A stretch of 57,427 nt of DNA, counting the filler, from Bipalium vagum (Eukaryota): NCBI GenBank assembly GCA_037834085.1. It is 3 parts of 3 records of this genome, joined end to end, with 100 filler letters (N's around TTAATTAATTAA, not from the genome) between each part and the next. Parts side by side here need not be neighbours in the genome. Positions count along the whole stretch, not along the records: positions 39,387 to 57,427 come from JBBMKC010043124.1; 2 more parts are not named here. One strand, written 5' to 3'. The notes below the pieces were generated by a model. That model was not told the DNA's origin and did not search any database. It worked only from the letters and a program-made list of their open reading frames with translations. Shown one piece after another: positions 39,387 to 53,374 of the stretch (position 1 is its first letter; each line of letters begins with the position of its first letter). A program made the translations under genes and the position numbers.

Positions 39387-40609
39387 ACTTTACAAAATCA
39401 GAGAACGCAACAAATAAATATTAAGATTTATTCACTTTGATATTTTTCAATATCAAGTAAAAAAAATATATAAATAAAATTACGTTAACTACGTATACGG
39501 GGTTCGGTGTTGCAAATAATTGAATTGTAATATTTGTACTAAGGTTGGATTCGTATATACTAGAATAAAACGGTAATTATCAATTGGGACTGCGTATAAT
39601 CGTAGGTATCGAGGTTGATCCACTGGAACTGAGAATATTCTCACGAATTGATTGGGACCTTGGTATCGGTTGATGGTTTATGCACGAAACCTCACGCAGT
39701 TGAAGATATAATACAGTTTATTTTGGAACCTTGTTAATAAGCTTGATGCTGAGAAAAACTTTGTTCTAGAGTGTGTATGAATAGAAGAGTTTGTTAACCA
39801 TGACGACTGTCAATTTGAGTACATGGAGGATTAGAGCTTTTTATGACAAGATTTTCTTATTACACGTGCTTCTAATTATTTGACTAGGCGATATTAGTTT
39901 GTTTGTATAATAAATGTAGTAAATATATACGTGTTTTCTCTTTCACTGTATACCTAATTTTGCACTGCAATATAATAATTTACATATTATGAACAAAGTA
40001 ATGATTTGTATTATCAAAAATTCGTTTTTAATGTTGATAAAAATAACGTAGAGCCTATTCCACAATCAAAAAAATAATTCTTTAAAAACCAGAGTGCTCC
40101 AAGACCAGATTATCCAAAATAATAATAATAATAATTCTAAATATTTACTGAATATTATTATTAAAATAAATAATTTTTTGCACTAATCTGTTCTAAAGAT
40201 TATTTAAAAAATGAAGCCTTTTTTTTTTTAATCTTCTTCATTCATTTCGTTGTTTACCATAAAATTAAATAGGTAAAATGACCTTTAATAATTCTCAATT
40301 TTAAAGATTTAATTTTTTCAATCAGTTTTATAAATTTTTTTTTAAAAAGAATTTGGTTTAATATGGCATAATGTATGAGAACAATATTTTCAGTAATTGT
40401 AAAAACCATTGAATTCTAATTAAAACTAAACATGGCTCTATTAATTAATTAATTATTGTTGATTTATAATTAATAATAAAAATTCTGCTTCGTATCCGTT
40501 AAAACAAAATATAATTTACAGAAGTCTGATGTTTTGTGTATTGTTTGAAACTTCAAATGAAACAAGTAAACAATTTTTAATTAATTAAATTTGTAAGAAT
40601 TAATTAAAT

Positions 40610-41350
40610 ATGGAGGAAAATGAGAATTTTTAAAACCCGTAATTATTTAATAATTATCATTTAATATATGACAGATCGGTAAAACAAAATATATTCGGAT
40701 TGTATAGAAGACCCCCTGAAACACTGATAGTGTAATTGGATGCAGTTTTACTACATTATCAAATTGTTTCATCAAATTTCGTACAGTTAATTTTGATCTC
40801 ACAGAACCAAAGGTTCGAAATGAAGAATTAAAGATCACCACTGAGGCTAACCCATCTCAGAGCGCCTATGAAATGTAGGTGAAGTTTGTGTTAGGAATAT
40901 TAGATCATTTAACTGAAATAAAAAAGGTGAGAAACTTTTATAGTAGCTTCTACAATAACTCCTCGAAAAACAAAGAAAGTCGTTTACAAGCTTGCTTGAC
41001 GTTGCTTTCTCTGAACAAAGTGGTGGAAAATCTATAGAAAAATACTTCAAATTAGTCAATCAGCAAACTCTTATCTCATTGCATGATAACGCCAGACAGC
41101 ACAGTGCATAGATAACTGTGGTAAAAAAAGAAGAATTGAAATTAGAACTTCTTCACTGCTCTCAATATTCATCAGATATATCCTCCACTGACTAACATTT
41201 CTTTTTCAATTTGGACAACTTTATCAGAAAAAAAATTCAATTCCGAGAATGATGCAAAACCAGTCTTCGAGGAATTCATCGACTTTCTTCGGCCAGGGTT
41301 TTACCTCGCCGGTCTGAAAAATTAACCTGTTAAATGACAAGTCTTGTTTG
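40610..41350 (+). mobile_element. Degenerate mariner element
   Basis: ISLHDNARQH and QYSSDISSTD*HFF, with multiple deletions. Confidence 0.7.
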
Positions 41351-41849
41351 AGAAGGATCTTGACATATTCACAAAGTTTGAATCTTCAGATTTTCAACTT
41401 TTAACACATTTGTTACACATAGTTCAGAATCTAAGGAAAATTAAGAAATATCTAAATTGTTCGACAGAGAACAAGGAAAACCATATTGAGATGATTCCCA
41501 AAAATTACTTTAAAGACAGGAAAAGTGTACCAATATGACCGAGTACTTCTTTCAATAATATACCCTGTCTAATAAAGTCTAATAACCGTGTAAATTAAAA
41601 AACCGGTCACTATTCTTAATTTGATTTAAATTATATTGAAAATATTATTCCATTTGCAGATTGGGAATGTAGTCTTTTTGGCAATCACATTGAAGATCTC
41701 AATTTACTTAGGTCATCTGTCGATTGTTTTTCTTTGATTTCCATCTGATATTATTTCCTCATGGCTGTGAAGGATCAGTAAACGATTGCTTTTAACCCGA
41801 CTCTTTATCTATATCTAAATTCTTCAACAAACCCAGCATCACTTTTCCA

Positions 41850-42730
41850 GTATGGACCGACAGAATGTCATTTCAGTTCTTAGAAATATGAACCACCATA
41901 ATTTTGGAGGAATTGTGTTTTCATTAAAAACATCAAGATTTAACTCCGTCTTTCATCTATAGCATATTTATACTTAATACGAACTAAAGAAGAGTTCTAA
42001 TAAAAAGACAATCAAATCCGGTGATCCAGTTTCATATTGCTTAACCTAAAGCAATTAATTCTTTAGTGTGAACATTTGGAACAGAAACTTCCATAGAGAA
42101 ACTCTGGTAAAGAAATTATGTACTTGTTGCTAGACAAAGCACCATAATCGTTTTTGATTGGATAATATTGGACCAACTTTTCATTACTCAAAATGATTAT
42201 CACTAGTTCCGAACGATCCACCACCGTTTATCTGAACTTAAAATCAGTGCATCCAATTTAAAACGACAATCTAAGACTTCATTATGACCTAAAAACTTGT
42301 TTTCAAAAAGGGAATCAGATTCATTATCTAATATAAAAAGAAAATTTTTGTAGGTACTGTAAAGATTAAGGCATTTATGCCTCATTAGTTTTAGCTGTAA
42401 TAATCGTTTTGGTTTTTTCGTTTTCTCAAAACACCGGATCCCTGCATGCTTTTTTAGCAACATTGAAACTTATGACTTAGAACATTTCCTAGTCTTATCA
42501 TCGAATTTGACCATTTTCAAAGGTATTGTTCATTTTTCCCTAACTATTTCAGGTTGGATTTCGTCGCAATTTTCGGTTGACAACATCCTTTTTTTCTTTC
42601 ACCGTTTTCAGCACGGGATATTAGCCGTTAAACGGTTGATTTGGGTATGAATGAAATACCTAGCAATAAAGTTTTCCTAAAAGTTTGTTTTTATTGTAAA
42701 AATTTATAATAGGATTCTTGAGAGCCATTT
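41850..42730 (-). mobile_element. Tc1/mariner-superfamily relic
   Basis: LLKKHAGIRCFEKTKKPK...FILDNES resembles the HTH-to-first-Asp region. Heavily decayed. Confidence 0.5.
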
Positions 42731-44344
42731 CTGAATATGTAAATAATTTAATAATACTGATATGTTTATCTTACTTCTATATTTCACTTTAAAGATATTG
42801 ATTTACTTAATAAATTAAAATAACCCATTTAAACAATTTATATATTACATTAAAGCTATTTATGTTTTTAAAAAAGTTCCATTTTTTTAGTGTTAATTAG
42901 TTCAAAGAACATACGATGAAAGCTGACACTTGGAAGAATGATTTGATTGGTTCCGAATATATCTAATAAATCTTATTTATTTATTTTAATTATTGATTAT
43001 CAATTTTCAATAAATCAAAAAATAATTTTGAAATAATTTAATAATTAAATCCGTTTCTAAATACCTCTTCAAAGATTGGAAACAATTAAAATTAATTATT
43101 AAAACCATTTTTGACACGAAATTTAATTATTTTATATAAAAATTATGAATTATGATATCAAAATTGGGCCGGATAATTTTTGTTTTAAATTAAAAAATAA
43201 ACAAAAATATATTTTGAAAATAATTAATTAATTATATCGGGAAATTTATAACTTTAGTTTTAAAAAAAATTTCTCAATTTTTAATACTCTCATCAAGTCT
43301 TTGGAGAGACTTCCAGATTTCGAACAATAATTGGATTTCTAATAAAATATAATATAATATAATTTTAAAAAAAATAAAAATAAATATTATTATTAATTAA
43401 ATAATAATAAAAATAATAATTAACCAATAATAAATTGAAACAGGAAATAATTAAAATGAAAACTAAATCGATAATTAATTATTCAAAAATAATTTTTAGT
43501 TCAATGAACAATTAGAAAATTTGATTTAAAAACCAAAAAATTAATAAATATTTTGTTTAAATCGGAGAAAAATAGTTAATGAGATAAATAATGTAAATTA
43601 CTTATTTCTTTTATCAGCAACATCAAAATGAATTAAAATTGAAGTAAAGTAATTATTGAATTATTCCATCGCCTTTTACAATACTTGAATATTTACTATT
43701 GGAATTTGAGATCAGACACCGCTTGTTTTATTTTCAACCATCTTCAACTCTTTTGATTTTGCTTGTTTAATTAAGGGAAACATTAAAACAAATAATCACA
43801 ATTGTCTTTCGTTTTTAATAAAAATATTGATTTTCGTTACACAAAAAGAGAATGATAATAAGAATCATTAAAACAATTTTTTAAAAACAAAAAATCATTT
43901 TCCAAAAGGTACCATGGTAGATAATGAGGAGTTCTTATTTTTCCCATTAATTAAAATCCTTGGATAATCTCAAATGAAAATATTTGACGACTTTCGTGTT
44001 GAAAGACCGATTTTTTTGTTTGAGTAGTGCAGACACTATTCTATTGAGACTTGGAAAATTCTTCTCTTTTTTTTTTAATATAAAATAAATAAATGGGAAT
44101 TCTTTTTCTATATTTTATTTCTTCGTTCATATTTGACATATATTTTCTCTATTTCGAAAGAAACATTAAACAAATTTCAGAGAAAAGTCTCGATATTTCC
44201 ATAGAAAATGATCGGAAAAAAATTATTTATTTATATTTTTAATATAATAATAATCATCATCAAAGTCTGATAATTATCAATAAAAAGGGAAATGTCACTT
44301 CTCATTTTAGACGAACTTTGTCGAGGAGCCTGTCGTTCCCATCA

Positions 44345-44372
44345 CCCCCCCCCCCTCTCTCTCTCTCTCTCA
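44345..44372. repeat. poly(C) plus (CT)n tract
   Basis: C11 followed by about 8 TC units. Confidence 0.9.
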
Positions 44373-44899
44373 CTTACATATGAAGGATGTAGCAGCAAGC
44401 TTCATTTAAGCCTTTCTTCTTCTAGTGGAAATGCTTTGAGAAATATCAGAATTTCAGACGTTCGTCTTCAATAATAGTACATTTCGATGGAAAGTGAAAA
44501 TTATTTCTTCGGATTATTTATTTTCAGGGAGAAAATAAAACATTCAATTCCCAGATCAATTTATTTACTCCGTTACTTAATTATCTGTGGAAATAAATTG
44601 TTGAGATAAATCACAATATTACGATGACAGCCTGGTGAAATATTATTTATTTTGTTACATAAAAGCAATTATTTAACTGTTGTCACCGTTGTGATAAATG
44701 GGCTCTTTTTCGAGGTTTTTTATCAAAATTATTTATTATGGTTCCGCATAATCGTTACCGTGACAAACTTCAGATATATATATGTATATTTCTAATTTTC
44801 TTATGGAAATTAGCGCGACCCACACTGATTAGGGAACATTTTCAATGAAATATTTTATCATCAGAATGATGAGTTTTCTTAAAAAAATTTTAACGGTTG

Positions 44900-45840
44900 G
44901 TTTCAATTAATTCAGTGACAAAATAAAATCTAATTGTTGGCTTATATCTTTTGGATTCTACGTTTATAACACTCTGTTGGTCTGGTGTCGTAACACTTTG
45001 TCAGTTCTCCGTTCCTTCATTTTCAGCTATTTCATTTTTCAAATCAGCGTCCTTAAGGTAAATCTGACATTGAGCAAAACAAATGAAAGTCATAAGCAGC
45101 GAAATCTAGCGACGGGTGCCGGATGTGGCAATGGTTCAATTCTATCAATGGTGTTGATAATTGCTATTGATTTCCGCGAAGTACATATAATGATTGGTGT
45201 TATCCGTATGTAAAACCTTTGTAGAAACTTCTGATAGCGCTGAATAAATGTTCAAGTTTAAAGTTTAATCCAGAAGAGGATTCTATGAAAAACAAACATG
45301 ACCTTTATTCCAAATCGATATATTTAGGAGAGAAAACAGACAGTTCATTTGTGGATAACCATTGATACTTTTTATTTGAGTTATTAAATAAGATCCAATT
45401 TTTATTTATAGCAAAAATCACTTTGAAAAAAACCGTCATCTCATGGGTTTATTAAAAAGATTTTTAAGTTGTTTATTTGCCTCACGTTTTGAAAGTTCAT
45501 AAGGATCGATTCGAGGGGTTGTACACATTTTCCCAATAGAAAGAAGATATAGTTAGATGGTGCACTTCGAAAACCCAACTTCTGTGGTCGATTGACGAAT
45601 TTATTCAGGTGGATTGGGTTCAAGAAATTCTTTCAAGATATCTACGTCAAACCGGATTAACGTTAGAGGTTGATGTCATTCGATTTGAACTTTGCAAATC
45701 ACCAATTGGCTGTCCTCTTGTATATTTCATCTTGACCTTCAACCTCTGTAATAAAACGATCCCTTCCGACATGGATAGTTATTTTTCCAATAATATCGTA
45801 AAAATACTCATAAAAAGTCTCATATTGTGCGCTTAAAATG
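44900..45840 (-). mobile_element. Highly decayed mariner element
   Basis: Minus strand LHTDNT, IEPLPHPAP and AAYDFHLFCSM fragments. Confidence 0.6.
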
Positions 45841-46188
45841 AATCATTAAAACAAATTTATAAAAAAGCACTTCTAAATATTATATTTAGAATATTAAGCA
45901 AATTTTTAACAGTATCAGATTATTTCATAACTCTTCATATACAAAAATGTTTCATTTAAATTATAATGACGCCAAACGATATTGTTATTGGTCAAAATAA
46001 TTTTATAGTCAATTATATGGTATCTCAAAATAAATATATAAGGCATATTCAGTTGTGATGTTTCCTTTTCTATTTAATGGGTATTTTGAATCGGTGGTCT
46101 GAAGACTTGAAGTCAAATTCTGGCGATATTTTATAATTGAATGTGTCCAGCTTGTGAAGTAGTAACAAATGATAAGTTTTTGATTTAG

Positions 46189-48063
46189 TATTAGGTGTAT
46201 TCTTGCATAGGATTGTGACAGGAGACGAGCATTGATTCGATAGGACAACACAAGACGCAAAGTATTGGGTAGTCTAAAAAGTTTCCGCCAATTTTGTTAA
46301 TAGACGGTGAAAATGTTCTTTATGTAGTTTGATTGAAATTGATTTTGTTTTACCTTGGAAAAGTAGGCATTTTGATTAATTAATAGAATTTTATTCATCT
46401 TTAGAAATGAATATAAATAAAGAATAAAAGCGATACATAATGAAATTTTATTTCTTAAAAGGTACAATTGCTACACTGGTAAAAATATGATGAAAAATAG
46501 AAAAATATTAATGCTGTTTATGGAGCGGATACTGTTTCGGATAGAACACTCCGTGAATAGTTCGCTAAATTTCTTTCCGGAAATTTTGATGTCAGACGCA
46601 CCTCGTTCTGGCCGACCAATCTGTGAAAAATTCGATAAAATAATTAGGAAGGTTGAAGAAGACAGAAATATAAGCAGCCACGAAATAGCTCAGGAATTGG
46701 GGATTCATCATCAAACAGTTTTAAATCATTTGGACAAGTGTGGATATACAAAGAAACTGGATGAATGGATACCGCATAATTTGACTGAAAAGGATTTGAA
46801 AGACCCAATTTCAATTAATTTGAATAAAAATATGATCGATCCATTTTTGAAACGTCTTATTACATGTGACGAAACATGGATCCAGTACGATAATAACATA
46901 CTTAAAAAGTCTTAGGCAAAATGTGTTATGACCTCACAAACTGTGGCGAAACCAAAAATGAGTTCAAGGAAGTTAATGCTCTGTGTCTAGTAGGATTACA
47001 AGGGAATAGTCCATTATGAATAACTCCAACCAGGACAAAAAAACTCAGTTATCTGTAACAGTTGACAAGATTACATCAGGAAATTGCAAGAAAGCGTTCC
47101 GAATTAATCAATAAGAAAGGCGTTGTGTTTCATCATGACAACTCCAGACCACATGTATCTTTCAAGACGCAGCAAAAATTGAGGGTTCTTGATTGGGAAA
47201 TTTTGCTGCATCCTCCATAAAGTGCTGAGATAGCTCCGTCAGATTAATATCTTTTTCGCCCATTGCAGAACTCCCTTAATGGTGTAAAATTAAATTCAAA
47301 AGAGGATTGAGAAAACCACTTTTTTGCAAATAAATCAAAAAAGTTTTACAGTGACGGAATTTTTGCTTTACCAAAAAAAGGCAAGACATTGTCGATCAAA
47401 ATGGTAATTGTGTAATTTAATAAAATTTTCAATTCGATTTTATTTTTCTAACATTTTTATTTTACCAAAGTTGGCGGAAACTTTTGAGACTACCCGATAT
47501 CTTGGGTGAAACCAAGTACATCAACGCCTAAGTAGAATATCCATGGTCTAAAGTTATACTGTGTATCTGTTGGGGTCAAAAAGGTTTCATTTATTATGAA
47601 CTGTTGAAATCATCAGAAATCATAACTGGTGAACGTTATCGATGCCAATTAATTCGTTTGAATCGAGCTGTGAAAGAGAAAAGGTCAAAATAGATAAGAT
47701 AATTTTATTACACTATAAATCCAGACATTCTATTTTAGATAATTACTAAGAAGGTGCAAATTGAGAAGTCTTACCTCACATGCCATATTCACCAGATATT
47801 GCTTCCTTGGATTTTCCGCTCTATCGAATCCGCGCTTTCTAGGGAACGGTTCAGTTCCGATGAAGACCTTGAAAAATGAATTGATAGCTGGATTTGTTCA
47901 AAAAAACCAGAATTTTATTCGAGGAATCCATTCATACCTAAAAGATGATCCAATATCATATTTTTAAATGGAAAACATTTTGATTAAATTTTATTACATA
48001 AAACTTTTTAAAAATGTGTTTTTTTATTACAAAAAACCTGGAATCCTACTAATGCACCAAATA
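46189..48063 (+). mobile_element. Older, internally deleted mariner hosting a nested insertion
   Basis: FLHRIVTGDE lies left of the insert and SWVKPSTSTPK*NIHGLKLYC right of it. The right end rc TATTTGGTGCATT partly matches the left end TATTAGGTGTATT. Confidence 0.75.
46265..47497 (+). mobile_element. Full-length (~1.23 kb) dead mariner with TIRs and TA duplication
   Basis: TA-TTGGGTAGTCTAAAAAGTTTCCGCCAA and TTGGCGGAAACTTTTGAGACTACCCGA-TA. Protein motifs SDAPRSGRP, WIPHNL, LITCDETWIQYDN and HHDNSRPH, with stops. Confidence 0.92.
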
Positions 48064-48404
48064 TATAAAAATGTTGTTGCTTATGGAATAGCTGAGGATC
48101 ACAAAGTGGAATAAAACAAGGTTGACTTGAATTTAAATCATCGGTTTTTGTTTTTCAAACTGACAAGGGTTAAATCTGTCAACACGATGATAATAATAGT
48201 TAAGTTATTAATATTTAATATATAATAATATTATATAATATTTTTTATGTTGGGAATATTATTATTTAAATTTTTGTGGGTTTTATATGTAACAAATAAT
48301 TTAATATTTATGTTTACACACAATTTTCACATGCACATAGGAATCAAAAACAGTTTTAAGCTGTCAATTGCCTTTTGTACACAATTAATTTGAATAGTTT
48401 CTTC

Positions 48405-48473
48405 GGAGATACCGGGATTCGAACACAGGACCCACATGCGGATGGACTGCTCCGATCGCTGAGCTAAGTCCCC
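48405..48473 (-). pseudogene. Degenerate tRNA-Ala-like sequence (pseudogene or SINE head)
   Basis: Minus strand GGGGACTTAGCTCAGCGATCGGAGC...CGC...GTGTTCGAATCCCGGTATCTCC. It has A and B boxes, a GCTC/GAGC D-stem and G3:U70, but the anticodon stem is broken and the acceptor and T stems have mismatches. Confidence 0.7.
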
Positions 48474-51400
48474 CGAATAATTTTCAATTTATCTCAAAAA
48501 CTAAATATTGATATTATAGACTGTCAAAAAGATGTGTTTATTCTTCTAAAAAATTGCAAATTTTGAAATAAATAAAACACAAAGAAAAAATGCGAAAAAA
48601 ATTTATAAATAGAATATTGATAAAAAATTGGTTTTTTATTTTTAATTATATTCTTAATTAAAAATCACCAGACTTCACCCCTTTGAATAAAAGATTTTAA
48701 GACGAAGAAATGGAAAATAAAAAAACTGAGTAATATTAATAATAATTTTCAATCTTAAATAAAAATAATTTTTTAATAAAACTTAACATAAGCGAAACCA
48801 CCAATAATCAATTTTCAACATTTCCTACCTGACTTGTTTCACTTATTTTTAAAACAATTTGTCACAAAAAGCACTAAAGAAACGACTTGAAAAATATTTA
48901 AAAATTGAAAATAAGCAATTTATTTTAATATAAAATTTAATTTTAATAATTAAGTAAAAAAATGTAAAAATTTGCGGCCATTTTCATTTGAAAAAGTATC
49001 AAGAGAATTAATGAAAGACTGAAACTATTACTTAAGTTAATGGAAAATGATGATAAATAATTAAATTTAATTTAAAATGACTAAAATTTTGATGAAAAAT
49101 GTGTATTTACACTTTTCCCATATATATACATATTTTTATAAATTATTAATTAGTAATTTTTATAATTATGATAATATTGGTAAATATTTAATCGATTTAA
49201 TTTTTCTATTGGTTTAAAAAAATTAAATTATTTAATTTCTTCATATTTTTATATTTAGGAAATTTAAAATGCTAATACAAAATTTTAATTCTCTCGTGGA
49301 TAAAAAAACTTTCATAAGAAATTAAACTCCACCCGCTTCAGTCTGTTTATAATTATTAAAATAATGAGAAATATAATGACCTTGAAAAAGGATATTTTAT
49401 TTATTTTTTTCCTAAGAATTCCATTACTCATTATTTTTATATTCACATAAAATTTTTGTTTCATTGTTCTGATTTCACGAGATTTCGCGAAATTTTAGAG
49501 ATTGCTTATTAAACATTTCATGTCTCGACTGTGAATTTCTAAAAAAAAATGCCCAATACGTGAAATGAATGTACAATCTATAACAGACTTAAAATAAATC
49601 CATTTTTGACATCTTTTTCAATTTTGCTAGACAATGATTTCCATGAAATATGAAATCTATCTCCGTATGATTTAATAAGATTGGTGTTTCGCGTCCGTTG
49701 ACGAATGTGTTTGTGTAAAATCTGTTATACCAGTTTAAATACAATGATATTTTGACTGCGTGTACTCCGTTAGAGAAAATTATTACATCTCTACGTGAAT
49801 TCCAAAGAATGAAAGATTATATAAGAGGAATGTCACGAAATATTCATATGGTACTGATTTAATTAAAAGTAAAACATTCATGCTTTTTTTCCGTGCTCGA
49901 AGAAAATAATGACAACACAAAAATTGCGACTAATAATAATATTATTAATTTTTTAATCAATTTTAAATGTAATAGGGTTTCTAAATTCCTTATAAAATTT
50001 GATATATTTCAGTATGAGAACGAAATTTATTAAGTAGTTGTGGATAAATTAAATATAATTAATAATTAATAATAACAAAATTTCAAGAGAACAACAATAG
50101 TTCCAAACTGATGAACAATGAATGCATTTGTGAAACCGCTCTCAACAATCCATAATTTTCATTTATTCCGTTTGATAAATAGAAATCAATTTTCTTTATC
50201 AAGGAATGTAAATTTCCAAAACTTATTTTCTTATTTAGATTAAATAGTTTTAGCAATAATTTTTTTTTATATTACTAAAAATGTTTTTTTTTGTTTTAAT
50301 TGTTAAAACATATTACACAATCTTTTATACGAGATTTGGCTAAATGCTTTCCTAATCCGCACTTAATACGTCAGTTCTTTAGATTGTAAAAATTAATACA
50401 AATCTTCATTTCAAAAACGTGATAGGATTTTTACGGATGTATCATTATTATCCAACATCGACCAATAGAAAACTTTTTTTTACAATAAATTATGGTCGGT
50501 TGCTTAAGGCAACTGACTTGATAGGAAAGATTATCAGTCTATATATTGAAGTCCTCTCACAATCAATGCTCGAAAAAAATTTCATTCACGAAATTATAAA
50601 TAATAATAGTCTGGAATCAATCTAATTTATTATATCAATGGTTTCACTGTATTTTATTCGATACATATATATTAGTAAGCCGCAACATCATTCTTTCTTT
50701 TTTATAAACAATAATTGGACTCGTTATGTTGAGCTGGTGATATTCAGTTGAACTATCCTAACTCTTATTCATCAACCCAACACAGCCTATCTTAATGCAA
50801 ATAATAGAAAGGATGTTGTTAGATATTAACTATATTGAAAAATTGTCGCGATTTTTTCACCAAAGAACAAGAAAATATCAAAATGTGATGAAATATTGTC
50901 AAACAATGTAGAAAGAAGTGGTATTTTATTTTGCAGAATAAATTTCACAAATAAGGATTTTTACTTTAATAAAACAACAATAGAAAATAAAAGATTTATG
51001 CCACAGTCATATTTTCTGAACAAATTTGAGAAATATAACAATAGAATAAATTAAGCAATGAAACCTCTACCTTAAGAAAAGACCAATATTAATGAAAACA
51101 TATTCTCCATTATTAAAGTTGAGTTCATCTGCTTTCAACATGATTCTCCGGACAGAACTGGGATCAGCACAAAGAATGATAACTGAAATTTAATGGAATA
51201 ATTATTATAACAAAATATAGTTTGGGAATTAAATATTTAATCTACTCGTAATACTAAGCAAGTTTTAATCTTTTTATATAAAAATCGTTAATTTCGTCAT
51301 TAAATTATTGAAAATATAAAACCTCAATAATTGATAAAATATCAATAGATTTTAAATAGTAAAATATTTGATAATTAAACAATTAATTGATTTAAATTAT

Positions 51401-53374
51401 TTTCAAACAGTATGATTATTAATTTTATTGATTGCATGTGGTAGAATTAGTGAGTTGGACAATGGCCAGGAGTTGTTGCATCTCGTGTAACATTGTTACA
51501 GGATATTTATATTATCACGAAGAGATAATTCATCGGAGCCAGATATTTTTTTGAAAAGCAATTAGAGTATGAGAAAAGACAACGTCAAGTCGTTTTGCTG
51601 CATGACAACGTCTGACCACAAGTCACAAAATCACTGAATTGGCAGTTACCAATGATGTAGAGTTATATCTTCACGAATTCGTCAACCTCCTGGAGAATTG
51701 AAAACAATATTGAACAATGTATCTTTTTTTCTGATTTACTTAAATCAATGAGAAATTAATGAGAATTTAAATCAATGAGAAATAATTTTTAGGAATCACC
51801 CGAAAAGAGAATTTTCAAAAACAATTTCCATATCATTTGCTTTGCTTAGTTTATGAGTTATTGTCATTTGTTATTTTATATTTTTTCTGAACACCTGCTT
51901 TAATCTAAAATTAATCTCATAATCTATAAGCATAAAAATTGTTTTTTCGAAAAAACTGTTCAGACATACATGATCCCTCATCATTATCATTCTATAACAT
52001 TATATTACTGAGAAATTTTGAAAAATATTTCTTTTCAATATTATTTGTCATAAATATTTTAAAATTAAAACGAGGAATTCTCAATATTAAATAATTTTAA
52101 TACGTGAAAAATGGAAAATATTAAAGGAGAAAATTTGTTGAAATATCTTTCACCGAATTTGATATTTGTAAACATTTCTAAATAATTTATTTGTAGACTT
52201 TCCTTTCATATCACTCTTTTCTATACATATTAGGTTGTTCAATATGAAATATCTTTTTATACTTTGTTTTTCTAAGCTAATTTTAATCGTCAAGGAAAAT
52301 ATTAATTTGAATATTGTACATGGTAAAAATAAAATACGGATACTGCGTTTAAATAATCATTTTAGTGCGGATTTTTAAAATATTTTTTTGTAATACCAAA
52401 TATTGATTTTTCATTGTTATGTATAAAGTAGCATTTGATTTTATTTGAATTTTTCGTTTTTCAGTTATGATGGTAAACAAAGGTCGTTGTACTATTATTG
52501 AATTATTTAAAGAAGAAAATTCTGCAAAAGATATTATCAAAAGTCTTTGTCTTCCGCCATCAACTGCTTACAAGTCCATAAAAAAGAACCAGGAGATTGA
52601 AACTATTGAAACTTTTCTTTGTTTACACCTTATACTGTGACTCCATGTTTAGTTCTGCTCTCTTGTTAATTTTCACTAATTTTAAAATGAAGTTTTGTCT
52701 CACCTCTGTGTAGATGACAGGTGTTCTGACACCATACGATGTAAAAGAAAGATCTTGATGTTTTTTTATCCGGAACTATTAATGTTTTTGAGGACTTTTT
52801 CTTCTTCACTCAATTGATGATTTATTTATTTGATTTTCGTTTCATTCCTTACTTAAGGTCTGCCGAAAAGTATTAAGAGGTATTAACCATAAAATAGTTT
52901 TGAAGTTTGGAAACCTTGGATATCAACCAGAAGGTTTTCTAGACATGTCTATTCTACGCTCAGGTATTCCGAGATGTTAGACCGGCGGTCTCTTACAATT
53001 CTGTTTTTGACAACATTTTCCACTTCCGGTATTGAGATTGGTTCTTTAAGTTTTTAATTATTTCAAAATTTGGTATCTCTTTTGATTGTGAATAAAGTTT
53101 TACTGAAATGTATAAAAATTAATAATCAATCGGTTGTTTCAAACAAAATTAGTGAAAATCACTAATCTTGGATTACTGTAATGAATATTTTGCTGCCCAC
53201 AGATTTCCACACGAAATAAATAATATTAAACTATTAATCTGCAAAGTGATAAAAAACTTTGCAAAACTTTTCGAATATTCAGAATAAAAAAATAAATAAA
53301 ATTATATTTTTTTTTCTCAAAATTTTCAAGTTTTATTTAAATATAATTTGGTAGAAACCAAAAATATTTAATTA

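Noticed and set aside
39508-39994. Possible solo LTR (TGTT...AACA)
   Set aside because: No target-site duplication, PBS/PPT or second copy is visible.
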